Assembly (NCBI GenBank): GCA_910592345.1
Contig: CAJVPI010000035.1
Location: 1 to 64,000, forward strand
DNA from: Paraglomus brasilianum
Taxonomy: Eukaryota
Direction of reading: 5' to 3'
DNA: 64,000 bases
Shown here: piece after piece, positions 50,975 through 64,000 of the stretch
How the letters are laid out: each line of letters opens with the position of its first letter
How positions within the stretch are numbered: the first letter of the stretch is position 1
Translations under genes and position numbers: made by a program
Notes under the pieces: generated by a model
What the model was told of the DNA's origin: nothing
Seen by the model: only the letters and a program-made list of their open reading frames with translations
The model's database searches: none

Positions 50975-52003
50975 CTACAAACTCCACCTCTTGTCAACCT
51001 TTCGCCGCTGTAATTTAGTAAATTGCTGCGCCCCAATAACTATTTTGTGTCTCCACGCAGCCCAATCCCTTTCTTTAGGTGGCCACTGCAGCGGCTCCTC
51101 GTATGCTGACAATTCCTTCAACTGCTGCGGATCAACGGCCAGCTCCGCCGCAATATCGTCGACCATACAGCTTTTTCGGATAGATTCTTGTTCTTTGTAA
51201 TACCAGAAAATCATGTTATACTTGTATGCTAACTCGAATTCCTCGACATCCTGAAGGTAATGACGAACACGTTCTTGCTGTTTAGTGGCCCAGAGAGTGC
51301 GAGTGGCAGGGGGGATGGTGCGAAACCGGAATTCAACTTGAATGACATCGGAAATCCAATATATCTCATATGTACCGATTGAGATGTATGGAAGGCAGGA
51401 CAACACGCCTTTTGGAATCTTCCATTCATTTAAGAGACGATGTTTACTAAGTAGATGTAGGACGATTGAAAAAGTAAAGGGTTAGATCATCGATACTTTT
51501 TTGAAAAATCTAAAAATCCATACCACCCATTTAGAATTACCGAGTCCCTTTGTTTTCCCCCGTTCCTCCCCTTGTGACATTTCTTACCTTATCGTTCTTT
51601 CAAGCAAGCACGATCTACATGCTCTAACTTTAAATGGCCAATACGCCTTGGACTCCCATTCTTTTTGTCCTCGACAGAACTGACACTTTGTCAACCAATA
51701 ATGCAATAACATATACTGTTGCTCACTCATGCCCTTTGGCGGTGGTCGGTGATCAAACAATTCCGAGGATCTCAGTCGTGATGTACGCCATATCTCTTGG
51801 GTGTAAGCAGACCTACTTGCACTAAGCAGGGCTCGGAAATAACGGCAAACTCGAAGCAATGTGAAAAGGTCATCAGGAGTGAGATATTCGCAGATTGCAG
51901 CGAAAATCTCTGGTGGAATGTCAGTGGTGAAATTGAGCTGTCGGCGTCTTGGCGTTGAATAGTCACTCCTTAACATGGCAAAAAATAGATTTTGGGCACC
52001 CAT
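50975..52003 (-). CDS. F-box protein of the fungal expanded family; exons 52003-51588 and 51446-50975
   Basis: IPPEIFAAICEYLTPDDLFTLLRVCRYFRALL..QEIWRTSRL..PPPKGMSEQQY..CQFC..YWPFKVRACRSC; GT-AG intron 51587-51447 keeps the frame; start could be 51976. Confidence 0.85.
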
Positions 52004-52308
52004 TGTTAATTACAGGCAAGGGTTTACAGATTAGACGACTAGTTGAGGAATTGATGAGCCGGATTCCCAAATACCGGTTGATAAATGGAGTTTTGAATGG
52101 AAATATAGTTGATGGGATGGGGGAAAAGTTACAGCGTGAATCTCTCTACTTATATTCCAGATATGCAGGATTATAAAATAATTACAAAGCAAAGGAATGT
52201 AGGAGAATGCGTGGTTTGTACTTGCTTTACGATTGCATAATATGCAACCAGAGAATCTTATTAGCAAGAATTTGCTTTGTCAGGTAAGCAAAACAGTAGG
52301 GGGGTAAA

Positions 52309-52335
52309 AGAGGAGAGAGAGAGAGAGAGAGGGAG
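52309..52335. repeat. (GA)n microsatellite in a purine-rich tract
   Basis: aggagagagagagagagagagggaggg. Confidence 0.8.
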
Positions 52336-53532
52336 GGATGAAGGTAGGGAAACGAGGATAGGGAAGCGGGATGAGAAATGAAAGAGTAAAACAGGAAACA
52401 AAGGATATCATCGGGTTAATGGTTTATATCCAATATGTGAACAGTCGTCATACGATGCTATTAATAAACCGATGTCCTCTCATTTTTAATTACGCATGAA
52501 TTAATTGCATTTGATTAGTTTAGTCCTCATTGGTCCCCCTAATGTCCTCTCCTGCCGCAGCCTAGATATCCGCAGCAACCATGTGACTAAACATTCTACA
52601 AGAGGAGATATTAAAAAACAAGGCACAAAGCACACATATCAAGCACCTGTTATATACTTACGTAATAGATGCATTTACATATGCACATACGTACATTATA
52701 TATACAACATTATATATATACTGTTTCGATATATGAATACGATATCGCTCGATATCGGTGAGAAGAGATGACGTTAAAGAATATAGGCCGTAAAACGTCA
52801 CTTGCTTGTATCAGTCGATTCGTCATCGTGACGCACGCAGCATAACTATCATTTGGATATTATCGTCCAAATAGAAATAACAATACATTAGGCCAATTTT
52901 TTCCGTTAATACCATTTTATTGTTACTATAAATCCGTCAATACTATCCAAACAGAGTTACCAGATTGACCAATAAAGCGATTGATAAAGCCAATATAAAT
53001 TGCGGCTGTCATTTGTACAATTTAGCAAATATGATAAGAATGGACGCTAAGAATAATTGAAACCGTCCATGGTATTATACTGCGCAAGTACGCCCCCGTG
53101 TATTGTTCTGCCCAATATCGTCGACAGGGGTAATCTATCAACAGAAATATATGAAAATAGAAACAGACGCATATCGAATATCAAAATATTAATACATTCG
53201 GCCATTCATTCCTCTTCAAGATTTGTGTCTTTTTACCAAGACTTTTACGCTTTATACGGTTTCAGCCCATTTTGATCATCATTGCCTCGGATCTCATCTC
53301 GGAATTTCATTGCTAATAATGACGCAATACAATGTACCATATTCACTGGGTCGGCTGTTTTAGCCGCAGTTTGATGAGTCAATAGCGCAGTTCCCAAAAC
53401 GGGTGACAACAAATAAACATATAAAGACCGACGATTGACCCTAGAAAAACCCCTCATTACAACAAGCATATCAATAAGTTTCCTTTACCATCCAAAGACG
53501 AGAGAAATCTCAATAAATCAAGTAAGGAACAA

Positions 53533-54330
53533 ATGTATCAAGGAAACACAAGGAAGAGAAGCTGCGCAGACGAAGCTGAAAGACAAATTCAAAATTTTCC
53601 AAGCAAACGACCTCACACTACGCACGATACCATTACCATTTCTTCACCGCCATTAACACCTCATCATGTCCGCTCTACTTCCCATACACCAAATTCCACA
53701 TTCGGGGATATCCTCGTATATAACAAATTACCTACTCTCGTTCAATCCCGTGCTCGCAAAGCAGCCCTTGTAGACAATTTGATCGATTTGGCCGTAGAAA
53801 TAGTAGAGGAGATCTGGTCACCGTTCACCGTTAACCCGAACGTAAGGCTAGTGTCTTTGAAGACATTTATAAAAAAGCTGTTGCAGGGAATGCGGGTATC
53901 TTTTTCCACACTGCAGATCTGTTTGCTGTACCTCGTCCGTGTACAACATTGCATATTCAAACGTGCACAGACGTCTAGCCGTGGAGACGCTATGAAAGAC
54001 CCAACGATCTGCGCACGCCGAATGTTTCTTGCTGCACTGATGACAGCGCACAAGTATACTCAAGACAAAAAATATCACATTAGAACTTGGAGTGATGTCT
54101 CGGGTCTTTCCGTTCAGGAGATCTGCGTGAACGAGCGATTGTTTTTAGAACTTCTAGATTATAAATTATTTGTAAACGATGAAGACTTTAAAAGATGGTG
54201 TGTCCTGCTGTTGATTACTATCCAGAAGATTGCTGGCGAGGACATGGATAAGGCTAACATCTGCCGAAGCGAAAAGGGAATGCAAGTGATGAAGGAGTTT
54301 AGAAGGGAGATAAGAGGGATGGTGGTTTAG
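53533..54330 (+). CDS. Pho85-type cyclin, Pcl5/Pas1-like; intronless
   Basis: Cyclin box LKTFIKKLL..MRVSFSTLQICLLYLVRV..CARRMFLAALMTAHKYTQDKKY..WSDVSGL..EICVNERLFLELLDYKLFV. Confidence 0.88.
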   Translation: MYQGNTRKRSCADEAERQIQNFPSKRPHTTHDTITISSPPLTPHHVRSTSHTPNSTFGDILVYNKLPTLVQSRARKAALVDNLIDLAVEIVEEIWSPFTVNPNVRLVSLKTFIKKLLQGMRVSFSTLQICLLYLVRVQHCIFKRAQTSSRGDAMKDPTICARRMFLAALMTAHKYTQDKKYHIRTWSDVSGLSVQEICVNERLFLELLDYKLFVNDEDFKRWCVLLLITIQKIAGEDMDKANICRSEKGMQVMKEFRREIRGMVV

Positions 54331-57300
54331 AACATTTGTGACGATTAGAGTAATAAGTAAACTTGATTGACTATATTAGAGCGAACAACGATAAGCAAGA
54401 TGAGTAGTGTAATTAAGAAATATGAAAAAGAAGAAAAAAAAACATAACGTCGCTTACCATAATTGATATAAGCTTAGCTTATATATACATTCATTCACAT
54501 AATGTTCCCAGACTAATAGCTAGTTTTTAATCATCGTTTCTCTTCGTCTCCCTGTTTGCAAAGCTTCTTCTCCCTGTGTTTCCCATAAGCGAATAGTGAT
54601 TGATCTGTGTGACCGCTAAGATAAGTCAGAATAAAATTAATAATGCATTCGACGCATGATTGGGGGCACAGCATCTTACTAATCAGAACCAGGAAAATTT
54701 GGTCAGTATCTGATAAATTCGGCCGACAAGCTCGGAATTTCGGATTAAAATATGAGCGATTATAATGTCTATTATTAGCTCCATTTAATCTCAAATTTAA
54801 AACAGCGCATTCTAATTCATTTATTGTATCATAGCACAATTGCATGCACATTTGATAATAAAAGATCTTTGATTAATAAATTTGTTATTATTGAGCTTAT
54901 TGAGTGAATGTGAAATTCGTCATCGTACTGACGTTTTATTTTTTGCACATGCAAGTGCAGAAAACGTATTGGTGCAAGTTGATATTGCAAAACAGATATT
55001 ATTATGGCTTTCAAGGTGACAAGACAATTCGATAAATCTGCCTTGTTGTAAAAGTTCGCCGCAGTTGAATACTGGTAACAGTTTATGGTAACACATCAAC
55101 GTTTTGATATGCATGTTGCTAGGACTAATGAGGAAAACTACCCATTCGCGGAACAGACAGGTTAAAAGATGATCCTTTACTAGTAAACTGGATTCCGCGT
55201 ATATTGAACAGTGAGTAATAATTAATAGCGAAATAGATCATCAGACCTATGGGGTATTAATATTGCTGCGCAAAGACGTTAAAACGGTAAAAATTTATCC
55301 GCACCACCTTTTTTTCTTGAATCGTGTAGTTGGCGTCGAATCATTGAACCGCGATAACAATTGCAGTAAACAATGTCTTGATTTTGTTCTGCGCAATATA
55401 AACAAGTTTGTTATGTCATATGACGATGCGGATGATCTGAATATGAAAAAGCCTTCTCATTATCTGTCACTGCGGCGGGGGGGTTTTTTTTTTTTTTTGT
55501 TTTTTTTTTTTAGGAAACTAGTTTCACATGTTTAACGATTTATGCATAGAATGCATATTTATGTGTTGTGTTCTCAATGACTTGGTTATTGTTGCTACGG
55601 ATATGATATGATTATGGTGGTATTATTGGTATAAGTGCTCTCGTATTCGTATATAAATTATTACAATACAGTATTTATTATTATACTAATTAATTATCAG
55701 CAGTTTTGCAAACAATATTAATGAAATCAGTAATTTATACCATTTCTATTGAAGAAGTTATATTTAGAAACAATCCGTTGGCGTTTAATAATGGAACACT
55801 GTTTCGACTGCTCCATTTAAATAAAACATATAATTGATAATCATGCACATAAATAATACATCCAATGTGATAAGAAGTAAATGTATTGGCAACCTTGATA
55901 ATCGCCGGCATAAAAGACATCGAATAAAGCCGTAAGAGTAGGCCGACTGCCTCTAAAAAAAGATTATTCAAGACTACGGTGAACCATGCAACACGCATTC
56001 TTGCGGAAGATCTGCATTTAGAGTTGATTGGTCTCATGCGATAAGAGATCGATGCATAATTGCATTTAATTGTCATTATCATATAAATTCAGAAGTCTTG
56101 GTATGTTTGATATTTTAGAACGCTTCCCCAACCAATTGTTCTGGGCTTGATGCTATCGCCAGCTTCACGCGAAAAAGGAGGGGTAGGTTTATTATGATAA
56201 GAAGAGTGTTTATGGTTTATTATTATAGAGAGTTCACCGTATATTCGATAGAACGAGATCATATCGCATAATGAGGTTCATGGCATCCACGTGAACTAGT
56301 CTAACAAATCTGCTACTAGAAATTTGGTTTGCCCGACTCGTTTTAGTGTGGTCTTTGGCGAGATTGTTGGCTCTGGAATAATTACTATGTCAGGTATTTT
56401 CTCTTGGCAATTTTACAATTGCTGCTACAAGCAAAGAATGCTTCTTGCTGCATTTATAAACTAATAAAAGACTTTTCCTGCAGATTCAATAACGGAAGGA
56501 ATAGAAGTACGGTATTGTACATTTCTCACATTTAGCCTGTCGAATCAAGACATATTGCACATACTGAATATGTACAGCACATTATTACCTTACGTGTGGA
56601 AAATGTACCGAGGATACCAACCACCCATTGTCGGCAAAAAAGATATATAGGTTGGCAGAAAACGACATGTTGAAATATTGAAATTACTGTAGTTTCCCCT
56701 TATCGATCGAATTAATAATATACATCAAACCAGTTTGAAAGCAAAAGTCGATGATACCCTATATGGTGAACTCTCTATTCAAGATGCCCTCGGGAATGGG
56801 GATAGAGGGTTATCATTTGATTAATTGCACGTAATTTATTTATTGTCGTTTGTGTCATTACTGCATTACGTTCATTGATTTTAAACTAATGCAATTATCT
56901 ATGTTTGAATTTGGTAAATAATCTCCAAACTGCTTGCAACACTTACAATCGGTAATTCAATACTAAATGACGAACTGCTCTTATTAACAAAGTCATTCGT
57001 TTTAATGTTTCTCTGAAATCACGAACAATACCTTATCCATAATAAGACAAAAGCCTGCATCACTATTTAGTTTTCAAGTTGTTGACAAGACTATCAAAAT
57101 GTAGCACTTATCATTATACGTCTTTGTATGGACCTGTGCTTATATGAAGGGTAAATTCTTATAGTGGAGAAGCGAAAAAACTGTGCAATGCAGAATATGA
57201 CACGGCGTGCATGTATGGAGGGTGAGCTTATATGGAGGGTGCTTGAATAGAGGGTTTTACTGGGGCAAATCATAGTCCAAAAAGAAATCTTCTTTTTACA

Positions 57301-57899
57301 ATCACATACACAATAAACCTGGATAGGTATGGAGTAGTTCCATTCTATATTCATATCCCTTGGAGTCAATAATCACGGGAGAGCGATTGACTATTTAGGC
57401 GTAGTCTTGCCTTATTAAGGTCATTTGGAAATGAGCACACATCATCTGGGAAGCTTCACCGTCCAAGCTCGAATGTAGCTACGCATTTTAGTCAGGAACG
57501 ATTAGCATCAAACTTATTACCAGTTCATAAACTTTAGATTAGTTGGTTCTCAATATTAACTTTTTAATAAATAATGTACTTTATTACTATATCTTACATA
57601 TACCCGGCAAAGGCAGCTAAAAGTAAACGTGCACGATTTTATTTCAGAATCCTGTTCCGATGTTGACATATACGGAAGTAAACCCTTGAATAAAAATCGT
57701 ATAAACTGTAAATAACCCGCGAAATTCAGAGTGTTTGAGTCACTAAATCATAAGCAGTGGACGATGTAAATATTGCAGATTGACTTTAACACGTAACCAA
57801 TTTGCCGTCGCCATACCTGCAACTGAATCAAAATCATAACCGTTTCTTGGTTTGGGCAAATCTCCAGTAAGAGTTTACTCGAGACGTTTACATTATTGT

Positions 57900-59020
57900 G
57901 ATATATGATATTCCATACGTTGCTGTTAAAAAAATCACCCTCTTCCACCTCTCTGAAAAACTTGTAAGTCTCATCCAAATCCATACGCTTATCAGGATCA
58001 GCATCACAACACCGCTCGGCAAGTTTCTTGTATTCCTCTGGTGGTCACCAGTGGCAATTAAATACAAAGAGAATATATGTCTGATTTCTGTGTATATGAA
58101 AGACTTTCGGTTCAATAAAGGGTAAAACGCCTCGAATGGTTGAATTTGACTGACGTGAATTCACTGACCAGATGTGAATATCAATCAGATATAATGCAAT
58201 GTCATTCAAACACACCAATTTCATCTTCCATGTCAATGTGTTAATGTTTTGATCCAAATAAGACAAAAGACTACCATTGTTAGCATATTGCATAACAATC
58301 ATGTACTCTGTGTGTATCCACAAATTGAAAGAATAACGCGGACACTTGGCATGATTTCTGACTATTAAATAAAATGAATATAGCGTCAAATTAAATATTA
58401 CGTTAATTAATACTACCAATTGTTGCCCTCGAATTCCGGCGTTTTATCAAAAACTCTTAAACCGTTTGAGTACAACAGTTTCTTCCGAAATACCATTCTG
58501 AATACTTTTTATATTTGGCAGTATAAACTGTTCCAAAGTCGCATACTGGATGTACTTTACACGTTCATTATTCTGTCCAATAGTGCATGTTCATGTACAC
58601 ATTCACATTCATCAATGGACAGCTGTCCAAACAGCGTCGCTGGCTACGGGCCCAGCCTCGCGATCGGGCGTGTCGTGGTAGAACACCAAATAATATTTGG
58701 CTCCTGAGTAATCCAATTATCCAAATATTATCCGGTGTTAACATGTCGGGTATTCCTTGGTTAGCTATTTGAGTAACGGAAATGATACATAATAATAAGT
58801 CAATAATTATTTAAACTATTTAATAAACATGATGCATAAGTAAACAATGTACCAAGTTGATCATCGGTAATTGGTAGATACAAGTTAAAGTATACACCAA
58901 CCAATATTTCCCAATCGTTAACAAATAGGCATGATTTGGTGAATTTGTTTGTAATTGAGATTTCTTAATAAACTCATCGAGTTGCTTATTGTTGCTAGTC
59001 CATCCATTGGAGTATTCCAC
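57900..59020 (-). pseudogene. Decayed tyrosine-kinase-like (TKL) protein kinase
   Basis: Fragments WTSNNKQLDEFIKKSQLQT, YMIVMQYANNGSLLSYLDQNINTLTWKMKLVCLNDIA..IH and IRGVLPFIEPKV. The HRD and DFG regions are missing, and there are many frameshifts. Confidence 0.8.
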
Positions 59021-61495
59021 ATGCGGATAACAATGGTAAAAAGATAGATGTAATACTCGTTTCCATTAGATATTAAAGCCATGTGGAATATCTTTTGAAG
59101 TCATTGTCATCCTTACTGTACTGAAGTGAGTATATTCTGTCACAAGTGTTGGTGTACATTCTTCGCTGTTTCCAAGGAGCACCAGTAGAGCATTCTCAAC
59201 GCTTATTGTGTTATATCACACACGGATCTCAGTTTATAACAACAAAATCGCATTATACTGTTATCGAAGTATACAAGATGTTTATATCATTGGTGCTTCA
59301 TAATGGACGGGTTTGACATCCGAAACGCTAAGGCGGTATGAGTAGAATAGTTTATGTGATCGCTTGTCATACATGATTCAAAACCATCATGTTTATTAGG
59401 CGTTGCAAGAGACTCTCTTTACTAATAATACGGAACGTCTACTTTAAATTATCGCGTGAGGTAAACCTATCGATGTGCAGCACGTATGGTGCAAATCATC
59501 TAAAGCTTGAAATAAATTATCCAACTTTCAAAACCCCAAGGCTTTTGTATTAGAGGTATAAAGAAAAACTAATCCGTAAGAATGATACAACAGATGATGC
59601 AGAACAAAAGTTACGGTTTAGATTTAGGGACAAGCAAGTTCGCTATTGTTGCAAATTTATTAGGGATGCGATACAGAAGCAAGCACTAGCGGAGATGGGA
59701 TTGGGTGACGATTTATTGTGAAAAACTTTGAGGTAAGTGATTTGGGGAAGTAATGTTGATTCAGAAACAGACTTTCAAAGGATGATGTTTGGTTGAAGTG
59801 GAGACCAGATGCCAATTTCGAAATTATCGTAATTACACATGGAGTGGATTACAAGAAACAGTTCCTCGCGCTCTCGATTCTGTTAATTTCGTAGATTCGC
59901 GCGATATATGGATTTGTACAGACAGGTAAATCAGCAGAATATGCTGCTAAAAAATATATCTCGTACAGAAGAAGCATGGGATGAATACAAACAATTAATT
60001 CGATCAACTTTCTTAAACAGAAGATTCAAAGAAACGCGCACTTATATAAATACCGGTAAGTATGTGCAACATTAATGTCGAATTTGAAGCGTTATAATAA
60101 AGCATTTATAAAACTATTCTGCAAAAAGTAAGTATTTTCGAACATTATGTTCGGGCGTTATCACATGGTAACGCTCTCTCCCCACCCCAATCTTCCATAT
60201 AGTCCAGTTGTGATTTTTCTTATTCTTTCGAACTAAAGGGAAAAAGTTTCAATAGTGTTGAAAAATCTGTTCAAACAGTTGTTGACACCATCCAACACAA
60301 AAGCTGACTAAAACTTTTCAGCACCCCCCATGTACAAACCATCCGCCTACAATACTAATTGCGTCGAGGCTTACAGTCGCTGTATGTACAAAGTTTATAC
60401 ACATAGGAAACTGAATAAGGAACCCGATATTCGTACCTTGTTCAGGATAAACCGTTTCTCCGAAATTGCCAAACGATAAAAAGCCCCACACCTAATTGCA
60501 TCCATATCATTACGGATTTGAATTAGTTGACTTTGGCTTTAGTCAAGCATCGGTAGGTTAGTAATCACGCCTGGTTAGATATACTAAAACCAAAGAATTA
60601 CGAAAGATGTTCAATTACGCCAAAGTCATTAGTAATACGGGTCAAGTAAACTTGAATTAGCAAGCCCCGTGCTGAAATAGGGAGGGTTGGATAAAGTTCC
60701 GTTTTTACCAGTCCATTTGGGAAAAATAAACTCTACTTTCCCCATATTCAAGTAAGCTTGCAGCTATTTGTCATACATAGTATGCTAGCAGTTTACGTAT
60801 TCAGTGCCTTACAAAGCAAACCCCCCCCAAGCTATCAATTGTTGGGGGTGTACCAGGGGAATTGTGTACTAGCACGACCGACGGTTTATCTAACCTTCCT
60901 TATCTTATCACATATCTGACTATTCGTATCATTAAAATGTACAAGCTGCGAAGAAAACTTGTGGTTGTTTATATCATCTATGATATTGTACGTATATTGT
61001 TCTTTAATTTACAAAAGAAAAGATTAAGTTGATGATATAAATATGAAGCAAGTAATAGGTGAATGTAAAAACCCAACAATAACAACCCCAGCAATAAAAT
61101 AGTAAAAAATAGTGAGAGAATATAATAACAATTGAAAACTACAGTAGTGTGTATAATAATAGTAATAGATATCGTAATAATGTCAATGGTAATAGTAAAT
61201 ACGATGATAGGCAATGATTGTTATTGTCGTAACTTATTACACAAACAATCAATTCGTTTTACATTCAAACCTAATCTGTTGTAATATACTTTTGAAAAAC
61301 TGTACAAGGTATTAATACCTTTGATGCAAGATGAATATCGATACAATGTTACCATGATATATCAGCTAATAAACAAATAAATACACAAGAATAAATTATG
61401 GTAGCCAAAGTTTGCTACCCAATCTAAAAATGTGCCAATATCCTTTACTTACCTCCCTCTCCCTCTCCCTCTCCCTCTACCTCCCCCACCTCCCT

Positions 61496-62743
61496 TTACC
61501 ATCCCTCATTCCCTCCTTCCTCATGACAATTTCCACCCTGTGACGGTACAATATCAACGTTATCTCCAATCCGCGATTGTCCTGTTGAATGAGAAAACGT
61601 TTCTGGGTAATTCTGAGCATATGGTGGGTGGTAGATGGAAGACGAGGATGTATGAATAGTTCCCAGGGGTGACATAAAGTCGCTAATATAAGGCTCCATA
61701 TTTGGTGATTGCATTAACGTTGTGTTTGGGGAAGACTCTGACTGTATGCTAGGTGCTTCGGTGGCATTGTACGCCATCTGCTTGAACACACCTACACCGC
61801 TCGGATGGAGAGCGCTGTCCACGTATGAGGACATTACAAATGTTCCTCCCGGTTGACGAATTGCATTAGTTGTGAATGGTGGTTCGGGGGATGTGATATT
61901 GTGTGATGGTTGAGGGGGGTGTTGACCGAAGCTGTCTGTCAACTTCACTTGCGTGTCAAAGTCCATTGCTTTTACTCTTTTTGGCTTTCGAGGCTTAGTT
62001 TTATTGTCAAGACCACGTTTTGATGCCCTTTTTTGATCTGTAAATTTTGTAGTAGCACTAACTGCTGTAGCTTCATTTGTATCACCACTGACAGTCTCTT
62101 TATTTTTTTTATGTGCTTCTATCATACCTTTAATAGACGCCCATATTTCTTGTCTTCCTTTTTCATCATCCGTAGTCAGTACTAACAGTCTCAGTTTTTC
62201 GGATATTTGCAAATAAGCTGTTTCTACCGACTGTAATGTCTTATTACTATTTGTGAATTCATGCCATAGCGATCTTAGCAGTTCAACTTGTTCATCCGTA
62301 GTCTTTCGATCTACAAATAACAAGAATAAATCTTCTTCAAGTCGTTTTATTAATCTTTGAAGACGCATTGTGTTGTATAATTCGAACATGGTGCTAGTTG
62401 TTTCTCGTAATTTGCTTTCCAGGTTGCGAACTCTTTCATTAAGACTTTCTGTTGACGGTAATCCTTTGGGTTTGCGTCCCGGTTCTGGGAATGAGCATTC
62501 TTCTCCACGTCTTGTACAATTCGTACAAGGTTTTCCCGTTTGATAGTCACCATTACAAGGCTTCTTGTCTTTTTTGCATTTGAAGCATGCATTTGGGCAT
62601 ATTTTACGTGGTTTCTTGTTAGATCCAACTGATTCCGAGCGTGAGTAGCTGTCCGAGTCTGTGTTGTCTGCTGTCTTTTGTTCTTGTTGTTCTTGTTGCC
62701 GCTGTCGCTGTTGCTGTTGCTGTTGCTGTCGTTGTTGTTGTTG

Positions 62744-62774
<31 letters not shown>

Positions 62775-62938
62775 TGTTGTTGCTGTTGCTGATGTATCTG
62801 TAGTTGTTGTTGCAGTTGCAGTTGTCGTTGTTGTTCTTGTAGTAGTTGCTGTTGTTGCTGCTGTTGCTGTTGCTGTTGTTGTTGTTGTGCCTGTGTTAGT
62901 GGTTGTGCCTGTTGTTGTTGTCGTCGTCGTTGTGACAT
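61496..62938 (-). CDS. Zn(II)2Cys6 transcription factor with N-terminal polyQ and coiled-coil dimerisation segment
   Basis: ACFKCKKDKKPCNGDYQTGKPCTNCTRRGEECSF followed by LNERVRNLESKL; about 80 N-terminal residues are mostly Gln. Confidence 0.9.
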
Positions 62939-63889
62939 TGTGAAAAAAGTCTGTGCGGTTTAATTTTGTATTTTTTTTGGAGTAAAGTATCGAAAGGATA
63001 AATATATATTTAACGGATCACTAATAAGTAAAATAAATATTAACAAATAAATAACAAACTCAATGTTTAAAAACAGTATAAACTTGCATATTTTTATATT
63101 GTATATTTGTAACGTAATACAAAGCATCCAATATGCTAACCAAGCTAGTCCTAATCAGTTTGTTTCTCGGCTTTAGTTGATAAATGGGTTGCGTATTAAA
63201 AAGAGCGAGAGATACCAAGAAACTGCGGAACAGCGGTAATATATTTGCGCATAATCTAACTATTTTCATGATCTATAGTGAATTACACGGCGATCATTCA
63301 AAGGTTTAATTGTGGATACTTATCAGGACAAAAAAGAACATTTCGTATCAAAAGCGGTATTAAATTTATATATTGGATTTGAATGTTCATTGAAATTTGT
63401 AATTGCCTTTGGTCTTTGGGCAAGGTTATATGGGCTATGCAAGATGCGTATACTCGTAACGGTCGATAACGCCCTCTTTGGTTGGTGCACAGGTGACGTT
63501 TTAGCCCCTTTAGGTGTGGTCATATTTCCACGGTTTGTATAAGTTCACTCTGTGTGCGTTCCATGTTCTAAACTCACAAAAGAGCCCCTCTCCTCCAACT
63601 TCTCATCCCTGGTAACAACAACGCTGGATCTATTTTTAGCAGTGCGCTTATTTCCTATATTTCCTCAATGACAAGCCCTCCTTCATTCACTCGCTTATTT
63701 CAAAACGCCGGCCGAGCGTTTTTACACAGTGGTTACAATGTTAGAGAGATATGTTAGGTAATCGGTTTATGATGATTATTAATATTGTTATTGTTAACTT
63801 GCTAATATTGTCGGTATTGTTAAGCGAGTTTTACGTACGATGCATATTCTCTAGCATGATGTGTATATCAGTACTATATCGACACAATA

Positions 63890-63980
63890 GGGGTACTACC
63901 CATTCGCCATTCACCCACCCATTCACCCACCCATTCGCCCATCCATTCGCCCAGCCATTCGCCCAGCCATTCGCCCATCC
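63890..63980 (+). repeat. 12-bp tandem repeat (CCATTCRCCCAN) preceded by GGGGTACTA; possible TIR of a second foldback/MULE element
   Basis: About 7 copies of ccattcgccca/ccattcaccca; GGG start and subrepeat layout resemble the TIRs at 15253-15404. Confidence 0.6.
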
Positions 63981-64000
63981 CCTCCCCCAAGTTGATTGAT

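Noticed and set aside
55735..56200. Hydrophobic coding-like fragments on -
   Set aside because: Frames break repeatedly and no family is recognisable
59280..60060. Coding-like fragments with splice donors (possible decayed gene)
   Set aside because: No diagnostic motif could be recovered by eye; needs a translated homology search
60820..60872. Hairpin plus CTAG as a Helitron 3' end
   Set aside because: Loop and spacing atypical, no T after CTAG, no matching 5' TC end or RepHel remnants nearby
62641..62943. Val/Ala-rich hydrophobic ORF on +
   Set aside because: Antisense shadow of the Zn2Cys6 polyQ tract

Overview
AT-rich, intron-rich fungal genomic DNA, probably a glomeromycotinan (arbuscular mycorrhizal) fungus. 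This is inferred from the F-box family type, a decayed TKL kinase with the WTSxNxxxDxFI motif, and a U12-type intron. The compact housekeeping core (17-45 kb) holds PRE4, TRA1, SRP68, a HOOK dynein adaptor and SEC31. The accessory flanks hold a Clr2-family gene, a UBASH3-like 2H phosphoesterase, a secreted KKP-repeat protein, a small RRM gene, an F-box gene, a Pcl5-like cyclin and a polyQ Zn2Cys6 factor. They also carry mobile or decayed DNA: a PIF1/Helitron helicase relic, a 152-bp MULE-type MITE with a 9-bp TSD, a 33-bp poly(A) retro-insertion and a TKL pseudogene. The most interesting signals are non-coding and absent from the ORF track: (1) a type I hammerhead ribozyme fold at ~5046-5121; (2) a ~185-nt G.U-rich four-way-junction RNA in a SEC31 intron that encloses an alternative, stop-introducing 5' splice site; (3) a U12 minor intron in SRP68. 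All gene models and folds were worked out by eye; no database search or folding program was run.
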